Position numbers and translations under genes: made by a program. Below the pieces are notes generated by a model that saw nothing but the letters and a program-made list of their open reading frames with translations, did not search any database and was not told the DNA's origin. This document shows, one piece after another, positions 1 to 9,304 of a stretch of 64,000 nucleotides of DNA (its first letter is position 1; every line of letters begins with the position of its first letter). The stretch spans positions 30,928 to 94,927 of the forward strand of contig JARKSN010000289.1 of assembly GCA_029974275.1 (NCBI GenBank), given 5' to 3'. This stretch comes from Candidatus Hydrogenedentota bacterium (GTDB lineage: Bacteria > Hydrogenedentota > Hydrogenedentia > Hydrogenedentales > SLHB01).

Positions 1-11
1 CGCCGGATCGC

Positions 12-2480
12 GTGGACGAACTGTCGCGCTGGATCGGCATGGCGAGCTTGCTGGTGGGCTTGCTGGCGATATTCTTCGCGATTGGCCGGACGGGCGAGGC
101 GATCGAGGAGATTGGCGAGCGGTTTCGTCATCTAGCCGACCACATGAGCGAAGGGGTCGTGCTGATGTCGCCCGATGGCCTTATCGTGTTTGCCAACAAG
201 CGTTTCGTGCAAATGACCGGCATCTCCGAAGAAGCGCTCGTGGGACAGGATGCATCCAACGTGGCCGAGCGTTTCCGGCTGCAGCCCGTCGTTTCCCACA
301 TGGACCGTCACTGGCGCGGCGTGGCCAGCGAGTATCAGGTTTCCTGGACCGTGCACGACGATGTCCGCCAATTCTGGGTCACGGGAACGCCGGTGTATAA
401 TCGGCGGGGGCAATTGGCGGGCAGCGTTGCGACGTTTCGCGATATTACCGATCAACACGAAATGGGACGTCGGCTTGAACGGTATGCCCAGGGGCTGCAG
501 CAGTTGGTCGAAGACCGAACCCAGAAACTGCGTCACTCGGAGAACCGGTTGCGCGAGTTGCTGTTGCATATGAACGAGGGATTCCTCACCGTCGACGCGT
601 CGTTCAAGGTGGTGTTTGCCAACAACCGCATATGCACGTTGCTCCGGGTTTCGCCGGACCAGATGATCGGGCATTTCCTCTTCGATTTCGTGGAGGCGGC
701 CGGGCGCGGGCGGCTTTTGGATCTGTTCGAGGGCCGCGATGCCTTTCCGCATGATCGCATGCAGCAGGAACTCAGCCTGATCCAGACCGGGGGGGCGCTG
801 GTTCCTGTGGTGATTGGCGTGGCGCCGGTGATTGACGCGTCCGAGGACGACGCACGCTATTCGCTGGTGATTACGGACGTCACCGAACTCAAGCAGATGC
901 AGCATCAACTTGAGGCGCGCGCGGCCGAATTGGAAGCCACCAATGCGGAGTTGAAATCGATTGACCGCGCCAAGGATGGTTTTCTGTCGAACGTGACGCA
1001 CGAATTGCGGACGCCGTTGAGCACGATCCGGGGCTACCTGGAGATGCTGGTCTCGTCCGATTTAGGGCCTTTGGAACGGCCGCAACTCAATGCCATGCGC
1101 GTCATGCTGCGCAATGCGCAACGGCTCTCGCATCTTATCGATGAGATGATCGAATTTAGCCGCATGGAGATCAAGGGCATTCATCTCGCGAGAACCCTCC
1201 TTTCGCCCGATCGTCTCGTTCAGGAATGCGTGGCGTCGATGCAGCCACAGGCGCTGGCGCGCGAACTCAGCGTGCGCGTCGAGATCGACGAAGGCGTCCT
1301 GCCGTTGTGGGCCGATCGGAAACGAATGCTTCAAGCGTTGACGATTCTCCTCTCCAACGCGGTGAAATTCAGCCAGGAACGCGGCACGGTTCGCATACGC
1401 CTGATGCAACGTCCGGGCGGATCGGCCATCGCGGTGGCGGACGAAGGGATTGGCATCGACCCGGCCTATCAGAAACGGGTTTTCGACAAGTTCTTTCAGG
1501 TGGACAGCTCGCTGGCGCGGCATTACGAGGGGGCGGGGATTGGGCTTTCCATCGCGAAGAGCATCATGAAGGCCCATGGCGGCTCCATTGAACTGGAGAG
1601 CGAGTTGGGAAAAGGGAGCGTTTTCACCTTGACGCTTCCGAATGCCTCGTTCGAGACGGCGCCGCCGCCCGATATTCCGCCCCAGTTCGATGGATTGCGC
1701 GTAATGCTTGTCGAGGAGGACGGCGATTTCCGCAAACCGGTGGCCCAACTGCTCAGAGGCTGCGGGTGTCGGGTGGATGAAGTCAATAACGGCTACGAGG
1801 CGTTGCGCATGGCGCGCGAGCATCCTCCGGATATTCTCCTGGTCGATGAAGTCATGGCCGATCTGTCCGGGGCGACGATGATCGCCCAGTTGCAGCAGAC
1901 GCCGGCCATGTGCACGGCGCCGATAGTCCTATTCGTAGGGGAGGGATCGCGAACGCCTTCTCTGCAGGACGTCTCGCACGGCGCGGTGGAATTCTTGCAA
2001 AAGCCTTTTGGAGCCGCGGACTTGCTGGTCGCCATCGCGAGCGCTTGCTTCGTCGAACACCCGATGGAAGCGGCGGCTTTTCTCACGCCGCCGCCCTCCC
2101 CTCCGGAGCCCGTCGCGCGTGCGTTGGTGATCGATGAAGATCCGGACTTCCTGGCGTGGGTCGAAACCGTTTTCCGCCTTCGCGGGGTGCCGTGCCATTG
2201 TGCCGGCGACGTTCGCCAGGCGCTCGAAATGGGCCACGCCTTTCAGGCTACGGTCATTCTCTTGGATTGGGACATCCAATACCCCTCCGCGTCGGATGGG
2301 CTGGCGCAGTTGCGCGCCAATGCCGCAACGCAGGCGGCGGTGGTGCACGCCATGACGGGCGTTCCCCCGGGAAACAGAAATTTCAGCGGCGTGAGTTCGA
2401 TCCTGAAAAAACCGTTTTCGGCGGAGCAGTTGACCGAAACGGCGTTGCGTGGCTCGCGATCCGGCGTGCGCAAAGCGTAG
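12..2480 (+). CDS. Hybrid sensor histidine kinase (TM, 2 PAS, HisKA, HATPase_c, 2 REC); may begin upstream of the window
   Basis: H-box FLSNVTHELRTPL, N-box LLSNAVKFS, G-boxes DEGIGI and GAGIGLSI, two PAS-like segments and two receiver domains ending in KPF. The frame is open back to the window start. Confidence 0.92.
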   Translation: MDELSRWIGMASLLVGLLAIFFAIGRTGEAIEEIGERFRHLADHMSEGVVLMSPDGLIVFANKRFVQMTGISEEALVGQDASNVAERFRLQPVVSHMDRHWRGVASEYQVSWTVHDDVRQFWVTGTPVYNRRGQLAGSVATFRDITDQHEMGRRLERYAQGLQQLVEDRTQKLRHSENRLRELLLHMNEGFLTVDASFKVVFANNRICTLLRVSPDQMIGHFLFDFVEAAGRGRLLDLFEGRDAFPHDRMQQELSLIQTGGALVPVVIGVAPVIDASEDDARYSLVITDVTELKQMQHQLEARAAELEATNAELKSIDRAKDGFLSNVTHELRTPLSTIRGYLEMLVSSDLGPLERPQLNAMRVMLRNAQRLSHLIDEMIEFSRMEIKGIHLARTLLSPDRLVQECVASMQPQALARELSVRVEIDEGVLPLWADRKRMLQALTILLSNAVKFSQERGTVRIRLMQRPGGSAIAVADEGIGIDPAYQKRVFDKFFQVDSSLARHYEGAGIGLSIAKSIMKAHGGSIELESELGKGSVFTLTLPNASFETAPPPDIPPQFDGLRVMLVEEDGDFRKPVAQLLRGCGCRVDEVNNGYEALRMAREHPPDILLVDEVMADLSGATMIAQLQQTPAMCTAPIVLFVGEGSRTPSLQDVSHGAVEFLQKPFGAADLLVAIASACFVEHPMEAAAFLTPPPSPPEPVARALVIDEDPDFLAWVETVFRLRGVPCHCAGDVRQALEMGHAFQATVILLDWDIQYPSASDGLAQLRANAATQAAVVHAMTGVPPGNRNFSGVSSILKKPFSAEQLTETALRGSRSGVRKA

Positions 2481-2509
2481 AGGATGGCCTGGATTGGCGC
2501 CGCCGCGCG

Positions 2510-2538
2510 TTGACTTCTCGCTGCGGCATGGTTAGATT
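2510..2538 (+). promoter_or_regulatory. Sigma70-type promoter for dacA
   Basis: TTGACT-N17-TAGATT about 95 nt upstream of the ATG at 2633. Confidence 0.5.
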
Positions 2539-2632
2539 TTCGGGAAGGTTCGTGAGGAGATTTCTCGGCGCTGTGGCGTTATGCGCAAAAAGTCTTTTCT
2601 TGAAAGGACGTTCAGGAGAAAGTGAACACGGT

Positions 2633-3982
2633 ATGCGTGGATTGAGAGTCGGTCTTGTTTTCAGGATATGGGCGATTGTCGTGTTGTCGGCGGGGATGGC
2701 GTTTCCGCCGGAAGCGCAGGGACGGGCCGCTGCTTCCGCGACCCAAAACCGCGCCGCCGTCAAGAAAACGCCGGTCAAACAGCCTTCCGCTCAAAAGGCT
2801 TCGGTCAAAAAAACGGTTGTCAAAAAGGCGGTCCCGAAGTCCCGGCAGACGGTTCCTGCTCGCACTGCACCGCCTCAGGAAGAGACGCGTTCCGAAGAAG
2901 CAAGCGTCGCAGGGCTTTCGAGCAGCATGATTTGTGTCGAAGAGAACTCGGGGTTGGAGCTGTATGCGCGAAACGTAGACATGGAGCGGCCGCCGGCAAG
3001 TCTGGTCAAGATGTTGCTGATGCTGCTTGTGGCGGAGGGCATCCAAGCAGAGAAATGGACGCTTGAGACGCCGGTGGCCATTTCGCGGCGCGCGGCCGAG
3101 ACGCCGCCGAGCAAGGTGGGCGTGCGCGAGGGCGAGACATGGCCGTTGGGCCATTTGATGCTGGGGGTGGCGGTTCTGTCCGCGAACGACGCCGCGATGG
3201 CCGTGGCCGAGGGTCTCTGGGGCAGCGAGGATGCCTATAAACAGCGCATGAATGCTCGCGCGCAAGAATTGGGAATGACGCATTCGGAGTTTCATAGCGT
3301 GCACGGCCTTCCGCCCGTCAACGGCGATAAACCGGATCGCGCCACGGCGCGGGACTTGGCGTTGCTGGCGCGGACGTGCGTCCGACATCCTCAGATCATG
3401 CAGTGGGCGGGAACGAAGGAATTTCAGTTTCGCCCCGACGAAGCGCCCCGGCAGTGCACCAACAAGCTTCTCTTGCGGATGACGGATTGCGACGGTCTCA
3501 AAACGGGGTTTACGCGGGCGGCGGGGCATTGTATCGCGGCGACGGCGGAACGCGATGGGGTTCGTCTTATCAGCGTGGTCATGGGCTGTGAGAACCGGCT
3601 TGTTCGATTCAATGCCGCGGAGGACTTGTTGAACGAAGGGTTTCGGCAGGTGACGCGGCATTGCGTTTTGACGGCGGGGCAGGAGGTGACGCCCGCGGCG
3701 CCTGTGCGCAATGCCGCCGTCGATTCGGTGAGGCTGGGCGTTTCGGAAGATGTCTGGGTGGTGATGAAGAAAGACGATGTCGCCAAGTTGACATACCGTT
3801 TGCGGCAGGAGAAGCCGCTGCGAGCGCCGTTGCGGCCGGGGGACGTGTTGGCGCATTTGGACGTCGTCGTTGATGACAACGTGTTGACGAGGGTTCCGCT
3901 TGGGGTCAAACAGGATCTCGCGGCGGCGGGTTGGGGCTGGAAATTGCGCCACGGCATTGCGGCTGGAATTTCCGCCGGGTAG
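2633..3982 (+). CDS. dacA: D-alanyl-D-alanine carboxypeptidase (peptidase S11, PBP5/6-like)
   Basis: SxxK (PASLVK), SxN (SAN) and KTG (GLKTG) motifs, with a signal peptide, Lys-rich linker and PBP5 C-terminal-like domain. Start re-placed at ATG 2633 within ORF 2156..3982. Confidence 0.9.
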   Translation: MRGLRVGLVFRIWAIVVLSAGMAFPPEAQGRAAASATQNRAAVKKTPVKQPSAQKASVKKTVVKKAVPKSRQTVPARTAPPQEETRSEEASVAGLSSSMICVEENSGLELYARNVDMERPPASLVKMLLMLLVAEGIQAEKWTLETPVAISRRAAETPPSKVGVREGETWPLGHLMLGVAVLSANDAAMAVAEGLWGSEDAYKQRMNARAQELGMTHSEFHSVHGLPPVNGDKPDRATARDLALLARTCVRHPQIMQWAGTKEFQFRPDEAPRQCTNKLLLRMTDCDGLKTGFTRAAGHCIAATAERDGVRLISVVMGCENRLVRFNAAEDLLNEGFRQVTRHCVLTAGQEVTPAAPVRNAAVDSVRLGVSEDVWVVMKKDDVAKLTYRLRQEKPLRAPLRPGDVLAHLDVVVDDNVLTRVPLGVKQDLAAAGWGWKLRHGIAAGISAG

Positions 3983-4070
3983 CCGATTTTGCTTGCGCGG
4001 CATTTACCTAACGCCGTCTCTCCTGTGGCGCCGGGGGCGTGATGTTGACCGCGCGGGGAGACGCGACAGG

Positions 4071-4715
4071 TTATTCGTTCGCGCGCAGGCTTTCGATCGC
4101 CGCGAGGTAGGATCGACTGCGGTAGATGTAGGAGCCGGCCACCAGCACGTTCGCGCCTGCTTGAATGACCTGCGCCGCGGTTTCGGCGTCGATGCCTCCG
4201 TCCACTTCGAGATCCCGTTCGCCGAGCATTGCGCGGACGTACTGAATCTTCCGCAGCATTTCCGGGATGAACTTCTGGCCGCCGAATCCAGGGTTGACGG
4301 TCATGAGAAGAACCAGATCCACATAATCCGCCAAGAACTCGATTTCGTCGTGCGAGGTGCCGGGATTCAGGACGATTCCCGCCTGACACCCGAGTTCTTT
4401 GATCATGGTCAAGGTGCGATGTGGATGTTTGGCGGCTTCGACGTGGAAGGTGATGATATCGGCGCCCGCATCCGCAAAATCGCGTATGTATCTGTCGGGA
4501 TCGGAGATCATCAGGTGCACGTCGAGGGGCACGGTGCTGTGCGTGCGCAATGACGCGACGACCGCTGGGCCGATCGTGATGTTGGGCGTGAAATGCCCGT
4601 CCATGACGTCGATATGAATCCAGTCGGCGCCCGCGTCGATGACCGCGCGGACCTCTTCGCCGAGCCGGCTGAAATCACTCGCCAAGATCGAGGGAGCTAT
4701 CTTCAAGGGGGGCAT
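4071..4715 (-). CDS. rpe: Ribulose-phosphate 3-epimerase
   Basis: IAPSILASDF, HIDVMDGHF, DVHLMI, MTVNPGFGGQ, EVDGGI. Confidence 0.98.
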   Translation of the reverse strand: MPPLKIAPSILASDFSRLGEEVRAVIDAGADWIHIDVMDGHFTPNITIGPAVVASLRTHSTVPLDVHLMISDPDRYIRDFADAGADIITFHVEAAKHPHRTLTMIKELGCQAGIVLNPGTSHDEIEFLADYVDLVLLMTVNPGFGGQKFIPEMLRKIQYVRAMLGERDLEVDGGIDAETAAQVIQAGANVLVAGSYIYRSRSYLAAIESLRANE

Positions 4716-5937
4716 GGCTGCTTTCTCCTTCCTGCTGCCCGATCGTCGTGTCCATGGGGGCGCGGGGCGTGCCGGGGGGGAGGGGCGCGGCAGCGTCGGG
4801 AGGCGCTGCGGGCTCGTTCGGGTCGGCGTCGCCGTCCGTGATCACCGGCGCCTGATCGCCCGTGTATGAGTAGGTGCGCACTTTCACGCCGTCAATATAC
4901 GCCTCGACCGTAAGCGCGTCAAAAAAGGCGAGCGGAAGATGGTACTGTCGGCTGCCGCTGCCGTCTGCGTTGCCTTGGGCGATGCCCTGATAAATGGTTT
5001 GGCGCACGCCGTTGCGATCGATGTAGTCAAAACGAATATTCTTGCCGATCGCGTCCGGCGGCGGCGCGTAGACGACCTCGACTTTGCGGCGTGAGAGGGG
5101 CAGTGATTTCGCGTCGGATGGACGGACGTCGAACGTGATTTGCTGTCCTTGTTCGACGGGCGAACCGGGGTCAGGGCGCTGCGCCAGCACGACGTCGGGC
5201 GCGGCATTTGGGTTGTCGACGCGGTTGGGCACGGCGTCTATGCCGAGCGCGGCCAGCATGCGCGTGACTTCGGGCAAGGGGCGGCCTACGAGCGCGGGCA
5301 TGATGACGGTTTGTTTCGGTCCGCTGCTGATCAGCAGGTTGACCGATGCCTCGCGCGACATGGCGTGCCCGGCGGGCGGGTCTTGCGCCACGACGGTGTT
5401 TGGGGGGGATGTGTGCGGAAGGTATGCGATGCTGCCGATTTTGATAAAGGATTTTTCCAAGTTTGCGCGCGCGGCTTCGAGGGTTTGGCCGATGACTTGG
5501 GGCGCTGAAATGAGGTTGGGGCCGCCGCTTACGGTTACGAGTATCTTGCGTCCCCGGCGGACGACTTTGCCCGCCGCCGGACGCTGGGAGATGACTTGTC
5601 CTTGGGCGACGTCTTCGCTGTACATGGGGATTTGGTCGCCGATCACGAGGCCGGCCTGCGTTAGACGGTACAGGGCCTCTGTCAAGGGAAGCCCCGAAAT
5701 GTTGGGCGTCGTCACGTATTCGCCGCCGGAAACGGCCTGATTGAACACGTAATAGCCCGCGCCCGCCATCATCGCAAGCGCGATGAGGGTCGCGAGGGTC
5801 CAGCGAATCGACCAGCCCATGAACCGCAACACGAAGATGACGAAGCCTAGGACGCCTTCCGCAAGCGCATCAAGAAGAACCCGTCCAGTCCATCGACGTG
5901 GGGCAGAGTCCGGTATGTTCCCGTCCTTGTTTTCCAT
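4675..5937 (-). CDS. Membrane-anchored protein with three PASTA domains and no kinase domain
   Basis: N-terminal TM helix followed by three PASTA-like repeats (PNISG..VISQRP, PQVIG..VVAQDP, PALVG..VLAQRP). Start uncertain (5949, 5937 or 5820); the longer starts overlap the 3' end of rsmB. Confidence 0.85.
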   Translation of the reverse strand: MENKDGNIPDSAPRRWTGRVLLDALAEGVLGFVIFVLRFMGWSIRWTLATLIALAMMAGAGYYVFNQAVSGGEYVTTPNISGLPLTEALYRLTQAGLVIGDQIPMYSEDVAQGQVISQRPAAGKVVRRGRKILVTVSGGPNLISAPQVIGQTLEAARANLEKSFIKIGSIAYLPHTSPPNTVVAQDPPAGHAMSREASVNLLISSGPKQTVIMPALVGRPLPEVTRMLAALGIDAVPNRVDNPNAAPDVVLAQRPDPGSPVEQGQQITFDVRPSDAKSLPLSRRKVEVVYAPPPDAIGKNIRFDYIDRNGVRQTIYQGIAQGNADGSGSRQYHLPLAFFDALTVEAYIDGVKVRTYSYTGDQAPVITDGDADPNEPAAPPDAAAPLPPGTPRAPMDTTIGQQEGESSHAPLEDSSLDLGE

Positions 5938-7178
5938 GTGTCCAGCCATTCAGGGCCATCTTCCAACACGACTTCGCCCGTTGCCAACGCGGCCTGGAGC
6001 GCCTCCTCGGTCTCTTCCGGCGTGAACGTGCACACCGAATAGACAAGCGTCCCGCCATTCTTGCAGAGTCGAATCGCGGAACGCAAAAGCTGTTGCTGTT
6101 CGACGGCCAGCCGCGCGATGGCCTCCGGCGTGACGCGCCATTTCAAGTCGGGATGGCGGCGTATCGTTCCCAAACCCGAACACGGCGCATCGATCAACAC
6201 GCGATCGAACGCTTCGCCGAATGGCGCCTGTGCGCCATTGCCGCAGACTGTGCGGATGCTGACGCAGCCGAGCCGTTCCGCATTTTCCCGCACAAACCGG
6301 AGCTTGTCCGGATGAATGTCCATGGCGACCACCCGCGCTTTGTCGTGCGCCAGTTGCGCGATGTGCGTGGTTTTGCCGCCGGGCGCCGCGCACAGATCGA
6401 GAATTGTCTCGCCGGGCTGCGGATCGAGCGCGTGCGGCGGCAACATCGAAGCCGCGTCTTGAATGAAATACTGTCCTTCGCGAAATAGTTTCGAACGAGA
6501 AGGCGGCAGGCCTTCGGTCAACGTCAGCTCCTCGGGGATGCGCGTTCCCTTGATGGGGCCGCACTTGGCTTTCTCGAATAGCGCCATGAGCGTGTCCGTC
6601 GAGGTCTGGAGCAGATTGGCGCGCACCGAGACGGGCGCTTCCTCGTTGCATGCGGCGCACAGACGCGCGGCCTCGTCCGAGCCGAACTGCGTCAGCCACG
6701 CCTTCGTGATCCAGGGAGGCAGCGAGTAGCGCACGCTCAAACGATCCGCCGGATGGGTCTCCCACGGAGGCAGTGGCACGTCCTCCATTCGTTGCGGCGC
6801 GCGCCGCAGCACGGCGTTGACCAGGCGCGTCGTCCCCGCGTGGCCGCGGTGCTTTGCGAGTTCGACGGACGTATGCACCATTGATGGAAACGTGACGCTG
6901 CGACAGAAAAGCGATTGAAACACGCCCATGCGCAGAATGATGAGGATGGCGCCCGGCAGTTTTTCGAGCGGTTGCGTCAGAAGCCCGCGAAGGACATGGT
7001 CGCACAACGATTGATGGCGCACCGTGCCATAGACGAGTTGCGTCAGAAACGCGCGCCCGCGCTCGGAGATGTCCGCGCGCGACAGGGTGCGGTCCAGGGC
7101 CGCGTTCACATACGCGCCCTTATCGCGGACGCGAAGAAGCGTGTTGACGGCTGCGGCGCGGACAATGTCGTAACTCAT
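5847..7178 (-). CDS. rsmB: 16S rRNA m5C967 methyltransferase RsmB/Sun
   Basis: NusB-like N-terminus, IQDAAS, DLCAAPGGKT, DAPCSGLG, YSVCT, DGFF. ATG 7178 overlaps the fmt stop (ATGA). Confidence 0.95.
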   Translation of the reverse strand: MSYDIVRAAAVNTLLRVRDKGAYVNAALDRTLSRADISERGRAFLTQLVYGTVRHQSLCDHVLRGLLTQPLEKLPGAILIILRMGVFQSLFCRSVTFPSMVHTSVELAKHRGHAGTTRLVNAVLRRAPQRMEDVPLPPWETHPADRLSVRYSLPPWITKAWLTQFGSDEAARLCAACNEEAPVSVRANLLQTSTDTLMALFEKAKCGPIKGTRIPEELTLTEGLPPSRSKLFREGQYFIQDAASMLPPHALDPQPGETILDLCAAPGGKTTHIAQLAHDKARVVAMDIHPDKLRFVRENAERLGCVSIRTVCGNGAQAPFGEAFDRVLIDAPCSGLGTIRRHPDLKWRVTPEAIARLAVEQQQLLRSAIRLCKNGGTLVYSVCTFTPEETEEALQAALATGEVVLEDGPEWLDTWKTRTGTYRTLPHVDGLDGFFLMRLRKAS

Positions 7179-8119
7179 ATCGGCAGGGGGCTTTCGAAAC
7201 GATCGCCGGGAAGCACCTTGTGGCCGCGCAAAAAATCGCTGACGGACGTGGCCTTCTTGCCGGGCATCTGCAGCGTCACTATGGCGAGGCAGCCATCGCC
7301 CGTGGCCGTGACGATAGCGTCTTTCTCGATGGCGACGATCGCGCCCGGCGCGTGGCCTTCCGCTGGGTAGCGGACGGGGCGCGCGGCGTGAACGCGGCAT
7401 ATCTCGCCGTGAAACGACGTATACGCCACCGGCCATGGCACTGCCGCGCGCACGAGGTTGTGCACGCGGGATGCGGGAAGCGACCAATCGATCGCGCCGT
7501 CCGTTTTTTCGAGACGCCGCGTGTAGGTTGCGCGACCGTGGTCTTGCGGCGTGTAGACGGCCTGTCCTGCGGCAATGATGTCCATCGCTCGCAGCAACAG
7601 TTCGCCGCCCATGTGCGACAATCGTTCGGTGAGTTCGATGTTGTTTTCCTCGGGACCGATCGGCGTCGCCTCCTGCAACAGCAGATCGCCCGAATCGACT
7701 TCAAGCGTCAGCCGCATGATCGACACGCCGGTGACTGCATCGCCCTCCAGCAGGGCCGACGTGATCGGCGAAGGACCGCGATGACGCGGCAGAAGACTCG
7801 GGTGCATGTTGATGAACCCATGCGGCGGAACGTCAAGAATCGGTTGTTTGATCAAGCGTCCGTACGCGGCAATGGCGCAAATATCCGGCTGCTGTTCGCG
7901 CAGCCACGCCTCGAACGCGCCATCGTTCAGCCTTGTCGGCTGCATGACGGCAATGCCGCGATCCTGCGCCCATGCCTTGACCGGCGGCGGCACGGGCTTG
8001 CTGCTGCGTCCCTGCGGCTTGTCCGGCTGACACACGACCGCCGTCACCTCATGACCGCGCGCGATCGCCGCCAACGAGGGCGTCGCAAGCTCAGGCGTTC
8101 CAAAGAAGACCGTGCGCAC
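7175..8119 (-). CDS. fmt: Methionyl-tRNA formyltransferase
   Basis: VFFGTPE, QPDKPQGR, NMHPSLLPRHRGPSP; GTG start. Confidence 0.97.
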   Translation of the reverse strand: MRTVFFGTPELATPSLAAIARGHEVTAVVCQPDKPQGRSSKPVPPPVKAWAQDRGIAVMQPTRLNDGAFEAWLREQQPDICAIAAYGRLIKQPILDVPPHGFINMHPSLLPRHRGPSPITSALLEGDAVTGVSIMRLTLEVDSGDLLLQEATPIGPEENNIELTERLSHMGGELLLRAMDIIAAGQAVYTPQDHGRATYTRRLEKTDGAIDWSLPASRVHNLVRAAVPWPVAYTSFHGEICRVHAARPVRYPAEGHAPGAIVAIEKDAIVTATGDGCLAIVTLQMPGKKATSVSDFLRGHKVLPGDRFESPLPI

Positions 8120-8455
8120 TCAGCCAAGCCCCGGGATGTCGAGACCGCCCGTAAGCTCGGCCATTTTCGCATGGACGCGGTCCTGCACGGCGCGCACGCC
8201 TTCATTGATGGCCGCGCGGACGAGCGTTTCCAGGGCTTCTGCGTCGTTTTTGTCGATGATTTCTGGATCGATCTTCAGCGACAGAATCTCGAACTTGCCG
8301 TTCAACGTGACGCGGACCATTCCTCCGCCGGAACTCGCCTCGAGGGTTTCAGAGGCCAACTGTTCCTTCATTTCCTCCATCCGGCCCTTCATCTCCAGGG
8401 CCTGCTTCATCAGGCCTCCCAGGTTGCCCAGATTTCCCAATCCTTTTGAAAACAC
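8120..8455 (-). CDS. ybaB: YbaB/EbfC family nucleoid-associated protein
   Basis: LMKQALEM...SSGGGMVRVTLNG...IDPE...AAINE...LTGGLDIPG. Confidence 0.93.
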   Translation of the reverse strand: MFSKGLGNLGNLGGLMKQALEMKGRMEEMKEQLASETLEASSGGGMVRVTLNGKFEILSLKIDPEIIDKNDAEALETLVRAAINEGVRAVQDRVHAKMAELTGGLDIPGLG

Positions 8456-8518
8456 ATCGCCTCCTTTAGGTGTGCGTTGAGCCGACTTTGCCGAAAAGCA
8501 TGGCTATGCCCGCCGAAA

Positions 8519-8547
8519 AGTATAGCCATCGCGGCATCGAGGGGCAA
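8519..8547 (-). promoter_or_regulatory. Sigma70-type promoter for ybaB-fmt-rsmB-PASTA-rpe
   Basis: Minus strand TTGCCC-N17-TATACT about 65 nt upstream of ybaB. Confidence 0.5.
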
Positions 8548-8572
8548 CAGGCAGGCAGGAGGGCCGGGGGAT

Positions 8573-9304
8573 TTACGAAAAAGAAGTTCTGGGGGAGCAG
8601 ATTCGGCAAACGAGGAAATGGGCGAGGCACAGTCCTGCGCCGGCCACGACGACCCCCCAGTGGGCGTGCGCTGTTGCGGGGAAGAGAAAGAAGACGATCA
8701 TGCTGAGGCCGATGCTTCGCGCAGGACGGTTCTCGCGGCGGGGAGGGGGAATAACCAGAAAGATGAGCAGGGAGACGCCGAGCCATCCGGCAAAATTGAG
8801 GAGGGGAATGCCGTAGTAAACGCCGGGATGGGCCCATTTCCAGTAGCCCAATGACCCTGCGGCGAGGGGGTCAATGACGAAATCCAGCGCGGTCATCCAA
8901 ATTGCGGCGCAGAAGGCTTCGGCGATACGTCGCGCGAACAGACCTCGGAGCATCTCGCGGACGTAGCCGGATAGCGTCCACCATGCGCATGCCATGACGA
9001 CGGGCACTTTCCAGACCGCCGGGAACAGCGCGTCGGAGTAAACGTATTGTCCGAAGGGAAACCCGGTGTGCACGCCCATTGCTTCGGCGAGAAACCCCAA
9101 AGCGCCGATGCCCAGCAGCGAAACCGCGTCGCGTCGCGCCGATCCCGCGAGAACGATGAGCGCCGCCGTCGCGAGGAAAGCGGGAGCCGTCCACGCCAGG
9201 ACAGGAGGAGGAGTCGCGTTGCGCCCATACGTTATGGCGCCGCCCAGCCACAATGCGGCATAGCATGCCGTCAAGGCGGCAAGAACAGACTTACGGGCGC
9301 TCAT
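8573..9304 (-). CDS. cruF: Carotenoid 1,2-hydratase CruF/DUF422 family membrane protein
   Basis: AEAMGVHTGFPFGQYVY, VPVVMACAW, DFVIDP, YWKW, YYGIPLLNFAGW; last gene of the carotenoid operon. Confidence 0.85.
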   Translation of the reverse strand: MSARKSVLAALTACYAALWLGGAITYGRNATPPPVLAWTAPAFLATAALIVLAGSARRDAVSLLGIGALGFLAEAMGVHTGFPFGQYVYSDALFPAVWKVPVVMACAWWTLSGYVREMLRGLFARRIAEAFCAAIWMTALDFVIDPLAAGSLGYWKWAHPGVYYGIPLLNFAGWLGVSLLIFLVIPPPRRENRPARSIGLSMIVFFLFPATAHAHWGVVVAGAGLCLAHFLVCRICSPRTSFS

